This document shows positions 50,834 to 64,000 of a stretch of DNA of 64,000 nt, one piece after another (positions within the stretch are counted from its first letter, which is position 1; each line of letters begins with the position of its first letter). A model generated the notes under the pieces. The model was not told the origin of the DNA and searched no databases. It was given only the letters and a program-made list of their open reading frames with translations. This stretch comes from Octopus sinensis (taxonomy: Eukaryota): the NCBI RefSeq assembly GCF_006345805.1, contig NC_043000.1:148552001-148616000 (forward strand). Reading direction: 5' to 3'. The position numbers and the translations under genes were made by a program.

Positions 50834-52104
50834 CAGGGTGTTCAAAAAGTCCCTCCGCAGTGAATTGTGAAGTTTTTCATTTTGCAATCACTGCGTGGAC
50901 GGTCGGATGTCAGCCATTGTCCCTCAGTCATTGCGTACCCTTCAGCGTGTCCACATGCTAACCATTGAAGAATGTACGTTTTTAGTTGAATGGGTGTTTC
51001 GAGCTGTAAGCAAATACACAGATACTGTGAAACAGAAGTTCAGTGAAACTTTTCCAAATACTGTTGATCCACATCGTGACACTGTGCAGGGATTTGGTAA
51101 AAAAAAAATTTAGAAACACAGGCTCAGTGGAAGACGCAGCAAGAAGCGGTAGGCGTATTGTTCTTTCAGACGAAACACACTCCAATGTTTCTGATAAACT
51201 GTTGGCAAGCCCGTCAAAGTCCTTACGCAAATTGTCACAGGAAACGGAAATCAGCCTAGAAAGTGCTCACATGGCAGTAAAAAAGTAATTAAATTTCTTT
51301 CCATACAAGAATTGAAGACTACGGATCATGCTAAAAGGCTTCATTATTATCATTGGTTCCAAAACTTTGTTGCCGAAAAAGACATAGAAGTGCTGGATGG
51401 ATGTTTTTACACTGATGAGGCTTGGTTTCATCTTTCGAGACACATAAATTCGCAAAATACAAGGTTATGGAGCACTGAGAATCCACACGCGACGCATGAG
51501 CAACCAATGCATCTCGAAAAAGTTGGAGTACGGATAGTAATTTCGGGAAAACGTATTGTGGGACCGATATATTTTAAAGACACCATCAACACTGGGAGAT
51601 ATTGCTCAAATATTGTCTATCCATTTGTGGGCCAAGTCTCTGAAAGTGAAATTAATAATGCATACTTTCAGCAAGTTGGAGCTACAGCACATACTTCGCG
51701 CATCACGATGGTACTGCTTCAAGGGTTTTTCGGTGAACGTATTATTTCGAAGGGAAATTGGCCACCAAGATCACCTGATTTAACACCGTCAGACTTTTTT
51801 TTTTCTGGGGAGCAAGTAAAGGATCAGTGTACAAGAATCGCCTGAAAACCATTAATGAGCTAAAAGACGCAATGATAACCTTCACACGTCCATACCGCGT
51901 TAGATTCTACAAGTTGTATTTCAAAACATGTGTAGAAGAGTCAACTTATGTATTGAAAATGAAGGACGACACTTTCAGCAGCTCTTATAAAGTTTTTGAA
52001 AGTCTTGTAGAGTCTAATATATTCTTTTGTAGTCTTATACCATCTTATAAATATTTATTTTGCAATAAAATACTTGCTGCGGAGAGACATTTTTAAAAAT
52101 GCTG
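50834..52104 (+). mobile_element. Tc1/mariner transposon (rosa/Visitor-like), transposase pseudogene 50955-51990
   Basis: TA-CAGGGTGTTCAAAAAGTCCCTCCGCAG left TIR with a degenerate right TIR; HTH ...FRNTGSVEDAARSGR; FYTDEAWFHLS..NSQNTRLWSTENPH, FQQ(V)GATAHT, WPPRSPDLTPSDFF; frameshifts and a stop. Confidence 0.9.
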
Positions 52105-52111
52105 TGTGTGT

Positions 52112-52156
<45 letters not shown>

Positions 52157-52206
52157 CATATATACATACATGCATATATGCATGCATACATACATACATA
52201 CACACA

Positions 52207-52255
<49 letters not shown>

Positions 52256-52619
52256 GGAGAGAGAGAGAGAGAGAGAGAGAAATTAAGTTTATCTCCTTAT
52301 ATCTATCCAGTTGTTGCTAGCAATTAATTTTTCCCTCCTACCAGAACTGTATTTTGTTCTTAACACTTGCCATCAATATGAGAGAAATTTCGTGTAAATA
52401 TCAGTAGCACCCCAGTGTGGTATAGTTGATATTTGTTGGGAGTGGAAGTCAGCATCTGATTAAGGATAAAGTGTTTCCTGACTATGCAAGAATAAAGCCA
52501 GCAACGGTTTATAAGTGAAGTCGTCATAAGATATTATCGGAGATTTGCAGCTACTTTGAATGTTATAATTGTTCGTTATTCGTGTATAGAGTGTCTGATA
52601 AGAAATTGTTTCTTTGCTT

Positions 52620-52663
<44 letters not shown>

Positions 52664-53679
52664 TATGACGAAGGCTTTCTATCCAAGAGAGGTTTTTCAC
52701 CCCAATAGTACATGCTATTAATTATAGCTTTGTATATGCTTAGAGGCCCAATTTCAAACTTTTTCTTTACATTCCTTTTTTTTATATCCCTTTCGTAATC
52801 ATTCTCCTCACCCTCTCTTGCCACTCTCCCTTTTTCAATAATCACGTGGTTTATATATATATATTTCTTAAGCCATTATATTCTCTTCCACTCAGCATTT
52901 CTACATACCGTTTCACACATACAGTATATTTTTTTGTACTTGTTATTCTCCACCTTTAACTACTTTGTATCCTTTCCTCTACTTTTACTTGCTTTAATTT
53001 TTGTCTCACTACACCGTGTTCTTCACAGTTTAACTCCACTCACCCCACCTAGCTACCTGCACCCCACACCGTTCACTCCCCTTATTCCCGTCTCTTTACA
53101 CAGATACTCTCCTTCATATGTATAAATTTCCGCTTCTTCCTATCTTCTTAACTCCACCCCATAAAATCGCATTCACACCCGGCCCATAACATTTTTCTCT
53201 CCCTTCCTTCCTTTCAACCACCCTTCGCTTTTTTCGCTTTTGCTTTTTCTAACTAAGGACTCTATGTCCGAAACATCAAAGACCCTTTCTCCTTTTTCTT
53301 TTCTAGTGTGAAACTAATAATACTTTTGCAAAAACTTGTCCCTCTTGTAATTTTCTTTGGTTTTGTTCATTCATCATACATACATACATACATACATACA
53401 TACATACATACATACATACATACATACATACATACATGCATACATACATGGTGGCTGCACCCTCGTTATCGAGTATGGCCATTGCGCGAAGCTCAATCAA
53501 TGATGTTATCGTGCAATGCCTGTGCAAGAAGATATTTTTTTAAGTGAGAAAAGGCTGTGCACTGAGTCAATCCCTCTCACTAAGCAACAGCAGCCATAAT
53601 CCGAAAAGAAGAACAAGTCAACATCATCGGTAACCACTGAGCCGCAGGTTTTATGTCGGAGTTATCCCAGTTACCTGAG

Positions 53680-53850
53680 TTGCTGGTGTGTTTATGTCCC
53701 CGTTACTTAGCGGTTCGGCAAAAGAGACCGATAGAATATGTACTGGGCTTACAAAAGAATAAGTCCCGGTGTCGATTTGCTCGATTAAAGGCGGTGCTCC
53801 AGCATGGCCGCAGTCAAATGACTGAAACAAGTAAAAGAGTAAAGAGTGGT
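53680..53850 (+). mobile_element. SINE family C, 3' half
   Basis: GCTGGTGTGTTTATGTCCCCG...TGAAACAAGTAAAAGAG. Confidence 0.85.
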
Positions 53851-54774
53851 TAAAAAGTTCGCTTCGCAACCTTATGGTTACAGTTCAGTTCCACTGCGCG
53901 GCTCCTTAGACAAGTATCTTCTACTATAATCCTGAGCTAAACAATGCCTTGTGAGTGAATTTGGTAGACGGAAACAGCGTGGAAGCCTGTCATGTATATA
54001 TGTGTATATAAATCTAAGAGTGCGTGTGTATATGTATATGTGTGTGTTTGTATGTGTGTTCGTGTTTGTACGCCACAGCTTGACAAATGGTATTGGTTTG
54101 TTTGCGTCTTTCTGACTTAGCAGTTCGGCAAAAGTTATAGATGGAATACGTTTAAACTTATAAAATACATTTTTGTCAAAAAACTAGTTAAAATTATTGT
54201 TTTCTTTTGACACATTCTACCAGTATACGAAGTTTCAAATTATTTAGTTAACTAGAAAAATCTGAAAAATCTGGCTTTCAAAATGAAAAGATCCGGAATA
54301 AGTACAAGACGTAAAAAAATATGGATCTTTTCAATTCTGAAGCCAGTTTTTTCAAATTTTTCCTACTGAACCAAACAATTTGAAACTTCGTATACTGGTA
54401 GAATGTGTCAAAAGTAAACTTAATTGTAAACCAGAATGAAAACGGAATTGTAACTTCTAAGTTTAACGTTGTTTAATAATTAGAATTTTAACCAATGATA
54501 TTCCGTCATTCGGCTTTATTTTATTTACTCCGTCTCGACCACCAATTTGGTGACGTATTAAATATCTTAAATGTAAACAAAGCAGAAACGTTAGCACGCC
54601 GGGCGAAATGCGTAGCCGTATTTCGTCTGCCGTTACGTTCTGAGTTCAAATTCCGCCGAGGTCGATTTTGCCTTTCATCACACAAACACACACACACACA
54701 CACCACACACGCGCGCATACAGACACACACGCTCACACACGCATATATATAATTATACATACATTACACGCACG

Positions 54775-54805
<31 letters not shown>

Positions 54806-54813
54806 GTGTATAT

Positions 54814-54862
<49 letters not shown>

Positions 54863-55350
54863 GATAGAGAGAGGGAGAGAGAGAGAAAAGGACAGACAGA
54901 CAGACAGACAGAAAAAAAGGAGGACGTTTTATTTCAATGAGTTCAAGCAAGATAAATGTAATATAGTAAGAGAGGGGGAGGCAGACAGACTTACAAAGAG
55001 AGCAGACTACGTCACAAAACTGCTTTCAACTTCACACTAACAGATCGCAGTAACGTTTTAGATATGAAAACAAGCAATCTCATTGGTTAAAATTCGCAGT
55101 TTTAATCTACGATTAAAGTCATAAAATAGATTTTTCTCAAATAAACTAGTTCCAGCTGGCGAATAAACTAGTTCCACTCTATGAGTACACGAAGTTTCAA
55201 ATTATTTAGTTAACTAGAAAGATCTGGGGTCCTGGCCACGATATTGAAAAGATCCAAAAATATTTGCACTAGGGTCGATTAATTTGACTAAATCTTACAA
55301 GGTGGTGCTCCAGCGTGGTCGCTGTCCAATGACTGAAACAAGTAAGAGAA
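53850..55350 (+). mobile_element. old SINE C-like copy split by Merlin-type insertions
   Basis: Head and core at 53850-54150, a 28-bp piece at 54295-54322, and the tail resuming at 55264-55350. Confidence 0.7.
54323..55255. mobile_element. Merlin-type MITE containing a SINE B (54575-54680) and microsatellites
   Basis: GGATCTTTTC / GAAAAGATCC termini; 8-bp TSD AAAAATAT at 54315-54322 and 55256-55263; internal homology to 22674-23093. Confidence 0.8.
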
Positions 55351-55989
55351 TAAACGGATACAAGAGTACAAACACGTGAAAATGCCTCCTACATATGTAC
55401 ACAACATGGCTTCAAATGAACAGATAAAGGAACACAGCGAATGAAATGAGGCGAGAGCATGACGGATCTCGAAAACAGCGGGGGGGGTGAAAAAAACGTA
55501 GCTCATGACATATCATTCAGCGAATAAATAGGCGAGAGCAACAGTTAAAGGGATTACTATGAAAGGATGAAGTCGTACACCGAAGTGTGCCGGGTAAGGG
55601 ATGGAGAGAGTGAAATACGATCTACATAAAATGTTTATATTTTATTCATTTATACAATGGCAGACCAGTTTCAAAGTAGCAGAAGGTTGTCACGCTCCAG
55701 TAGAATTAGACAACAAATGTTATGTACGTTTGTGTGCAAGCTTGTGTAATACACACACACACATACACACACGCTAGTGTACCAATACGGCTTGGTTTAA
55801 AACGTATATGAAAATCGTATACAATATGTTTAATAAACATTAAGCCTTGATATGAAAGCTGTGATACACATGCATAACACACGTTGATACGTACATTGGT
55901 ATGTACATATGTGTAATATGCATATATATACTCACACACACATATATAATATGCATATATACTCACACATTCACACATATATATGTTTA

Positions 55990-56700
55990 CATATATACAT
56001 AAGTACACATACATACATACATACATGCCTACATGCATACATACATACTTGCATGCATACATACATACATACATACATACATAAATACATACATACATAC
56101 ATACATACATACATGCATGCATGCATACATACATACATACATGCATACATACATACATACATACATACATACATACATACATACATACATACATGCATAC
56201 ATACATACATACATGCATGCATGCCTACATACATGCATACATACATACATACATACATACATGCATGCACACATACATACATACATACATACATACATAC
56301 ATACATACATACATACATACATACATACAACATACATACATACATGCATACATACATCATACATACATACATACTTGCATGCATACATACATACAATACA
56401 TACATACATGCATGCACACATACATACATACTACATACATACTACATACATACATTCATACATACATACACATACATACAACATACATACATACACACAC
56501 ACACACACATACATACATACATACATACATACATACACACACACATACATACATACATACATACATACATACATACATACACACATACATACATACATAC
56601 ATACATACATACATACATACATACATCATACATACATACATACATACATACACACACACATACATACATACATACATACATACATACATACATACATACA

Positions 56701-56730
<30 letters not shown>
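55990..56730. repeat. ~740-bp (CATA)n microsatellite
   Basis: Read directly from the sequence. Confidence 0.95.
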
Positions 56731-56731
<1 letters not shown>

Positions 56732-57195
56732 CTTATTTGGTGTTGTCTCAAAATCGAGAATATTTTCAAGGTTTTTCCTCTCTCTCCTCATTCCTCAATG
56801 TGGGTGAGGCAAATATTTTTAATAGCTCTCTCTCTTCCAAAGCTTGACATGAACTTCTGTTTGCAGACCCTACACTGAAACCGCAGGGGCAGTTTTTCTT
56901 TCCTTTTCTTTTTTTATATTTTTTCAAGATGTCGTTGCCAACCTTTTTCCTATAAACTGGCTGTTTATTTGTTTTGATTTTATCTTTTTTCTTCGGCTTC
57001 CTGACATCGAACAAGTTTCTTCTCTGCATGCTCACCTCTGCTTCTTACTGTCTTCTGCAACATCTTGATGTTGAACAATGGCATGTCTTAAATGAATGAC
57101 CGAAGTCTCCCATCCATTGGAATGATGTCTTTCAATGCTGACGCAGATGCTCATGGAATACTAACAAGAACAAAAACTTTTTGTCCATATGAATA

Positions 57196-57735
57196 CCGTA
57201 AATCCTCGAGTATTCGCATTTCTTTCCGTAAATCCTCGAGTATCCGCATTTTTTCCCAAAATTTAAAGGTCAAAATCCCTAGTGCGTACTATATACGAGG
57301 TTAAAAATGAAAAATATTTTCTAAGCAATGTCCGAGTCTCTATTTGCTCTCCGGCAATGTTTATTCAAACGCATTTTGTGATGTCGGGCGCGAAAATACC
57401 AAAAGCTAAGCCTGAAAGCAATGAAGTCATAAAAGAATCATCCATAACTTGCAGTAAGCAACATTTATTAAACGTTATTACTGTTATTTCTTTATTTTCT
57501 GCAAACAAAATGCACAAAAAAGCTACACGTTTGCATTATGTTATATATATACAATAATAATAAAGGACGTTACCGTAAACATTTTTACAAACCAAGGATG
57601 TTATATAGACCTCCTTGTCTCAAGTTAGAGAAGGGATGCGTATTATACACAAGGTTTAAATTTTTCAGAGGTATAGCCCCCTAAAAAGCCCCTGCGTATT
57701 ATACTCAAAGGCGGACTATACTCGAGGATTTACGG
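57196..57735. mobile_element. Tc2/pogo-type MITE, inverted relative to 16677-17198, with a duplicated left TIR
   Basis: Same TIR, TA flanks, near-identical interior. Confidence 0.88.
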
Positions 57736-58669
57736 TATTTCGTTGTTTATAACATATTCATCACATTTGATGTTCAAAATATGCTTGAGAAGTTTTATAT
57801 TTATGGGGTACTTTCAAAGTTGCAGCGTTTCGTAAAGTCTTGTAGATGGATAATTTGCACTTCTCAGCTTTACACAATCAACAATTTTTAATATGATTTC
57901 AAAGACTTTGCATTTGCTATTTAGAAACTATGTTCTTTCAAATTCCAGATGTAATTAAGCAATTTTACTATATTCTTCTTTCCCGTATACATAAAGAAAA
58001 TAAGTCCAATCGAAGTAGGGGTTATGCATTTGTGCCGTTGATCCCAGTTAGTTTAGTTGGTTTACATATATGACTTTTATTGTTAGGAGTATATTTGTAA
58101 TAGTTTAAAACTATTTCCATTAAATAGTTTTCTGTAGAAGGAGTTGACTGGGAAACGCTTATGTATTAAAGGTAGGAACTTTTTGGAAGTATTAGATTTA
58201 ATACTTACACAAATACACACACATACATACACACTCACACACACACATAGTTAACTCTATCCAGATTACAAGTTCAGGTTTATACCTGTAATTATTGTGG
58301 AACTGCAATGTGTAACACACTCACTGTCTAAATACCAATCCCGAGAAATTAGGCTTCTCTAAATCAGAAAGGAGAAAGTTGATTCGAAGACTACAAATCC
58401 AAGTCATCGCTGGAACTGTAAACATCTGTAAAACTTTCCAGAAGTTTATCAGTTAAGTATATATAAGCGTGTCTAGACATGCAACTATATGCATGAGAAG
58501 ACAAACATAAAACCAAACATATAAATCTGCACGTATACATGCATACATACATGCATACAAAAATACCCTGTTGTTGATGTTAAAATTCCAATGAAGGAGC
58601 CTTGGATCTATGTTAGAAACCGGTTCTTTCTCTATTGGCAAGAAATCTTGAAATAAAACTGAATAATAA

Positions 58670-58939
58670 TATGCATACATACATACATGCATGCATGCAT
58701 ACATACATACATACATACATACATACATACATACATACATACATACATACATAAAAACATACATACATACATACATACATACATACATACATACATACAT
58801 ACATACATACATACACACACACACATACATACATACATACATACATACATACATACATACATACATACATACATACATACATACATACATACATACACAC
58901 ACACACATACATACATACATACATACATACATACATACA

Positions 58940-58968
<29 letters not shown>
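58670..58968. repeat. (CATA)n microsatellite
   Basis: Read directly from the sequence. Confidence 0.95.
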
Positions 58969-58970
<2 letters not shown>

Positions 58971-59580
58971 GCCACACCAAAACTCACCAGACACAGAATG
59001 TAATCGTACCTTTAATACTGATAGAAATACTGATAGAAATATTTCTATTAGACTCAAACCCGATATACAATATGCAGTCCGCAGGGAAGGACTCTACATA
59101 CAGATAAAGCACACCGACCCATACCTGAGAAAAGCTCTGTCCACGAACAACACCTATCACTACTCCGAGGAGTGCACATTATCGAACTGCCTCATCAATG
59201 GCCCTGAAATGTGCCAGATGTGGCGCATCCTACATAGGAAGCACATGAAAACTGCATATACGCATAAAGGAGCATATGCAGGCAGACACTTCCGCGAAGA
59301 AACATCTACGGAAATGCCAGACCCGGGAATTCACAGTGCACATCAAGACTACACAGCGGAACAGGGGTAACCTTAGAATCTCCGAAGCCATCCTCATACA
59401 CCAAAGAAAACCAACCATCAACAACAGAAGAGTTACAGGAAGTTAGCTGTTTGCTATAGCAACAACTTTCAGCGTATGTCCACTCCATACACGCTCACAC
59501 ACAGGCACATCTGCAACAAACGTTAATTTCCTGAGGATGGGGTCATAACCCGAAATATTGAATTCAAGGTAAGTCTACAT
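58965..59580 (+). mobile_element. Penelope-like element 3' fragment: linker, GIY-YIG endonuclease remnant and terminal hammerhead-like motif
   Basis: CTLSNC linker; KCARCGASYIGST*KLHIRIKEH...LRISEAILIHQRKPTINN; CTGAGGA-T-GGG..CCC-GAAA at 59531-59555. Confidence 0.85.
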
Positions 59581-59664
59581 TAATTCATATATTTGTTTTC
59601 TTGTGATTTGCCTTGCTTTTACTTCGCATTATTCTGGTCTTACCCACGATCCTTTATACGATAT

Positions 59665-59733
<69 letters not shown>

Positions 59734-59969
59734 GTTTTCCACCCCGCGCCCGGACTGACAACTGGGGCCGGTTTGTTTACGCTCCCGATAGAATATGTAG
59801 CAAACTTAAAAAGTAAGTACTGGAGTTGATTAGTTCGACTAAACCCTTCAAAGTGGTGTCCCGTCATGGCCGCAGTCCAATGACTCAAACAGGTAATGGA
59901 TAAAAGATGCACATGCATGAATGCATGTATGCATACATACATGCGGTCATACATGACTGCATACGAATA

Positions 59970-60386
59970 TTTTCTTTTTTTTTCTTTTTCTTTTACTTGT
60001 TTCAGTCATTTGACTGCGGCCATGCTGGAGCACTGCCTTTAGTCGAGCAAATCGACCCCGGGACTTATTCTTTGTACGCCCAGTACTTATTCTATCGGTC
60101 TTTTTTTGCCGAACCGCTAAGTGACGGGGACGTAAACACACCAGCATCGGTTGTCAAGCAATGCTAGGGGGACAAACACAGACACACAAACACACACGCA
60201 TACATATATATATACATATATACGACAGGCTTCTTTCAGTTTCCGTCTACCAAATCCACTCACAAGGCATTGGTCGGCCCGAGGCTATAGTAGAAGACAC
60301 TTGCCCAAGATGCCACGTAGTGGGACTGAACCCGGAAACCATGTGGTTGGTTAGCAAGCTACTTACCACACAGCCACTCCTGCGCC
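59970..60386 (-). mobile_element. SINE family C, full length
   Basis: Reverse complement of the 25963 type. Confidence 0.9.
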
Positions 60387-60499
60387 TATTATATACTTAT
60401 TTAATTTAGAGAATAAGCAGCATTTCAAGAAGAAATAAAATATATAAATAAGAAAAGATGGCAGGCAGAGAAACAATGCTTACATTCTTTTCTAGTTTT

Positions 60500-60705
60500 A
60501 TTGCAAGGTTAGCAATTTTGGGAGGTGGGGGAAGGTCGATTACGTCGACTCCCAGTGTTCAACAGGTAGTTATTTTATCAGCCCCAAAAGGATGAAGGGC
60601 AAATTGCACCTCGACGATAATTGAACTCTGAACGTAAAGAGCGTGGAAAAATACCGCTTAGCATGCTGTCCTACGCGGCAACGATTCTGCTAGCTTGTCG
60701 CCTTA
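60500..60705 (-). mobile_element. old SINE family B, short-tail form
   Basis: Degenerate reverse complement of the head, core and tail. Confidence 0.65.
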
Positions 60706-61344
60706 AACAGTAAATACAGTAAGCAGCTAGCTTTATTAGTCTGGCTTCTTGTGTAAAGAAAAGAGACACTTAATACGAGTTCTGCAAATTTAATCTGTAA
60801 GCGAAGCGTTAAAAATATACAAAACATGTAATTCTAGCGAGTTGTCATCATCTAAATTCCTATAATAGACTTTTGTTTCTTTGTGAAAGAGCCACTCATT
60901 CTTTACTGGAAGAATTTGAAATGAAAAGTATTGTGTATGTCAACATACATACAACACACAGCAAAGGAGCATGGTACCAAAAGCAGGGGGTGAGGGAATA
61001 TCGATTATATCGACCCTAGTATTTGACTGGTACTTTATGTCTCTCGCCTGAGAATAACTTCATCCGTTGATATGCAGCTTCGTAATGCAGCAACCAATGA
61101 CTCGAAGTCTCTCTCTCTCCCCTTATTAGTCCCGAAGGTCCTACAGTAGCCATAGGTATTTCCCTCCTTTCTCTGACTAATCTATAACAAAACAAAGAAA
61201 GCTGTTTCGGTTACGAGTAAGTTGAAAACCGTCTTATCCGAGTTCGTTTCACCTTATCTCCCTGGCCCCAAAAAGTGCAATTACTTCCTATAGTCCGCTC
61301 CTCTCAGATATAAATGAAAAGATATGCAACTCACTCAGAAGGTT

Positions 61345-61530
61345 GTTGTTGTATAACTCCAAATCAGCCCTAATCGTGCAAACGTTTTATGAAAGGCATT
61401 CCAACTGTGTCAATCCCGTACTTTTAGGCGTATCTAGGACTACACTGGCCAATGTGCCGTTCTCCGTTTTAGTACGATGGAGTGTTATTATTATGCAGGA
61501 GATTTGGTTGATATTTTTAGTTGGCTCGTC
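61345..61530 (-). mobile_element. SINE-like repeat family D
   Basis: Reverse complement GGCACATTGGCCAGTGTAGTCCTAG...GGAGTTATACAACAACAAC. Confidence 0.55.
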
Positions 61531-61844
61531 GCGCTAGAGATAAATAAGTCTGGCATTCTTATTTAGAAAAGGAACTGTCTCTCAATCTTTTATAGCTGTG
61601 AAAGGTGGAATAACTTCCCGTACATCTAACAAACTACAGAAGACATTATACAAAGTCCCGGTGGTATATCCAAGAGAATTCATGGTTGAAAGATCCTGCT
61701 CGAACTAAGTTCAGTCAACGGTACACATCAAAACCAATACCCACACACCTCAATCAAGACTTCTCAAAACCTTCCAGCATTCCCTATCCATTCATCTCCA
61801 AGAATTCTTCTCTCACAGTTCATAGCCTAATTATGTATTAAATA

Positions 61845-62205
61845 TTGGTTTCAAAATTTTGGCACAAGGTTAACAACTTCGAGGAAAGGCCAAAGACGAT
61901 TAAATAGACCCCAGTACTCAACTGGTACTTATTTTGTCGACCCCGCAAGGATGAAAGGCAAAGTCGACCCCGGCAGTATTTGAACCCAGAAATAATGGTT
62001 TCAAGTTTTGGCACAAGACCAGCAATTTCGGGCACAAGACGATTATACCAACCTCAGTGTTTAACTAGTACTTAATTTATTGACACCGAAAGGATGAAAG
62101 GCAAAGTCGACCTTGGCGGAATTTGAACTCTGAACTTAAAGACAGACGAAACGCCGCTAAGCATTTTTCCCGGCGTGCTAACGATTCTTCCAGCTCACCG
62201 CCTTA
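61845..62205 (-). mobile_element. two adjacent short-tail SINE B copies (61845-61990 head-less; 61995-62205 full)
   Basis: GGTTTCAA..TTTGGCACAAG tail signature appears twice on the plus strand. Confidence 0.8.
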
Positions 62206-62605
62206 TTTGTGTATTAAGTATTAATGAATTAGTAAATATATAGACGACGACATTTTAGATATCTATAGGAATTTCAAGAATGTATTATGCTAATGTTGAA
62301 GTAGAACGGTTCCATTACAAATAACGGACTAACGTGCATGCATAACAAGCACAAAACAGGATGTTGAATATGCAATTAGAAATGATAAGACCATGTTTCT
62401 TTTACGTGGGTTAGATATTGTTACATAATAGGAAAAGCTTCCTGGCAGTGTTTACGTTTATTTAAAAGAAGCTAAGAACGAAGGAAAGGAAAGGAAAATG
62501 GCCAAGTTTGGTTTTTCCAATGAAGAGAAAGTTACTAAACCATATGTGTGAGGAAGAAGGCAAGATAATGCGCATATCACTCGGAAATAGTTTACAGGTG
62601 CACGT

Positions 62606-62606
<1 letters not shown>

Positions 62607-62671
<65 letters not shown>

Positions 62672-62707
62672 TATATATATGCACACATGTATCCTATATA
62701 TTATCTT

Positions 62708-62779
<72 letters not shown>

Positions 62780-62895
62780 CATATATATATACATATATAC
62801 ATATATATATATTATATACATATATATACATATATATATATATTATATATAATATATATTATATATATATATATATAATATATATATATATATAT

Positions 62896-62934
<39 letters not shown>

Positions 62935-63160
62935 CACACGTGTATCCTTCTATATGTCTATCTTTCTCTCTCTCTCTCTATACATACATACATACATACA
63001 TGCATACATGCATACATACATACATACATACATACATACATACATACATACATACGTACGTACATACATACATACATACATACATACATACATACATACA
63101 TACATACATACATACATACATACATACATACATACATACATACATACATACATACATACA

Positions 63161-63190
<30 letters not shown>
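62607..63190. repeat. (TA)/(TC)/(CATA) compound microsatellite
   Basis: Read directly from the sequence. Confidence 0.95.
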
Positions 63191-63193
<3 letters not shown>

Positions 63194-63487
63194 CATTATC
63201 GTCATATATCATCATCATCCTTATACGAGCAAGTAGAAATTTATTATTAAAATAAAATTCAGTTTCAAAACCTTGAAAGATAACTTTTCAACAGAAATAA
63301 TAGCCCGGCAGCCTTTTTTTTTTTTTCAAATTCTGAATTACCCGCCGCTTGAAATAGCTATTCCAAACCTCCCTGCTGCACAAGAGGCTTTGAAAGCACA
63401 GTTATGAACATACTTGGAGATCATGTCCTATTTAAACAAGGAGGTTTCTGGAAAATGCACTCCTCCATCTTCTCTCCGTATAGAAAA

Positions 63488-63868
63488 TGGAAGCACTCCG
63501 TCGGTTACGACGATGAGGGTTCCGGTTGATCCGAATCAACGGAACAGCCTGCTCGTGAAATTAACGTGTAAGTGGCTGAGCATTCCACAGACACGTGCAC
63601 CCTTAACGTAGTTCTCGGGGATATTCATCGTGACAGAGAGTGACAAGGCCGGCCCTTTGAAATACAGGTACAACAGAAACAGGAAGTAAGAGTAAGAGAA
63701 AGCTGTGGTGAAAGAGTACAGCAGGGATCACCACCATCCCCTGCCGGAGCCTCGTGGAGCTTTTAGGTGTTTTCGCTCAATAAACACTCACAACGCCCGG
63801 TCTGGGAATCGAAACCGCGATCCTATGACCGCGAGTCCGCTGCCCTAACCACTGGGCCATTGCGCCTC
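63488..63868 (-). mobile_element. SINE family A, full length
   Basis: Reverse complement of 5445-5834. Confidence 0.9.
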
Positions 63869-63909
63869 ATAGTCAATATATGAGATATACTTTCTCGATA
63901 AACTAATAC

Positions 63910-64000
63910 TCTCTTTTACTCTTTTACTTGTTTCAGTCATTTGACTGCGGCCATGCTGGAGCACTGCCTTTAGTCGAGCAACTCGACCCCGGGACTTATT
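63910..64000 (-). mobile_element. SINE family C 3' end, cut by the window edge
   Basis: CTCTTTTACTTGTTTCAGTCATTTGACTGCGGCCATGCTGGAGCAC. Confidence 0.85.

Noticed and set aside
55706-56878. Long ORFs of (IHTY)n, (MYVC)n or (IYLS)n, here and at ~8.2-9.2, 11.2-11.9, 14, 18, 33, 46, 50.5, 58.5 and 63 kb
   Set aside because: Translations of (CATA)n, (TATG)n, (GATA)n and (TA)n microsatellites, which lack stop codons in some frames; no domain content.
58687-59370. 227-aa ORF as a host gene
   Set aside because: Chimera of (CATA)n read-through and a Penelope fragment that shifts out of frame at the GIY-YIG region.

Overview
A repeat-saturated, AT-rich animal genomic window. It is most likely from an octopus or other cephalopod; this is inferred from the tRNA-headed SINE families and the extreme microsatellite load, not shown directly. 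Only one host coding exon is supported: a minus-strand, apparently terminal exon (45898-44511) encoding a complete six-cysteine chitin-binding type-2 (peritrophin-A/CBM14) domain followed by ~400 aa of charged, coiled-coil-like and polyQ sequence. The rest is mobile DNA and simple repeats. Retroelements: L1/Tx1-type LINE (3 pieces), R4/Dong-type, CR1-type and Penelope fragments, plus about four or five SINE families (labelled A-E here). DNA elements: two decayed Tc1/mariner transposases, three Helitrons, and Merlin-type, Tc2-type, mariner and hAT MITEs. Most interesting signals: (i) one SINE family (B) carries two interchangeable tails, one of which matches the extreme 3' end of the L1/Tx1-type LINE, and it forms nested and tandem arrays joined at a recurring GGTAYT junction; (ii) two LINE copies end in, and one is embedded within, (GATA)n arrays; (iii) SINE C shares its tail with the CR1-type LINE; (iv) one nearly intact and five decayed minimal hammerhead-ribozyme motifs of Penelope type; (v) several unexplained perfect or near-perfect palindromes. 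Almost all ORFs in the supplied track are microsatellite or SINE read-through artefacts. Family names rest on motif recognition by eye; no database search was run, and boundaries marked ~ are approximate.
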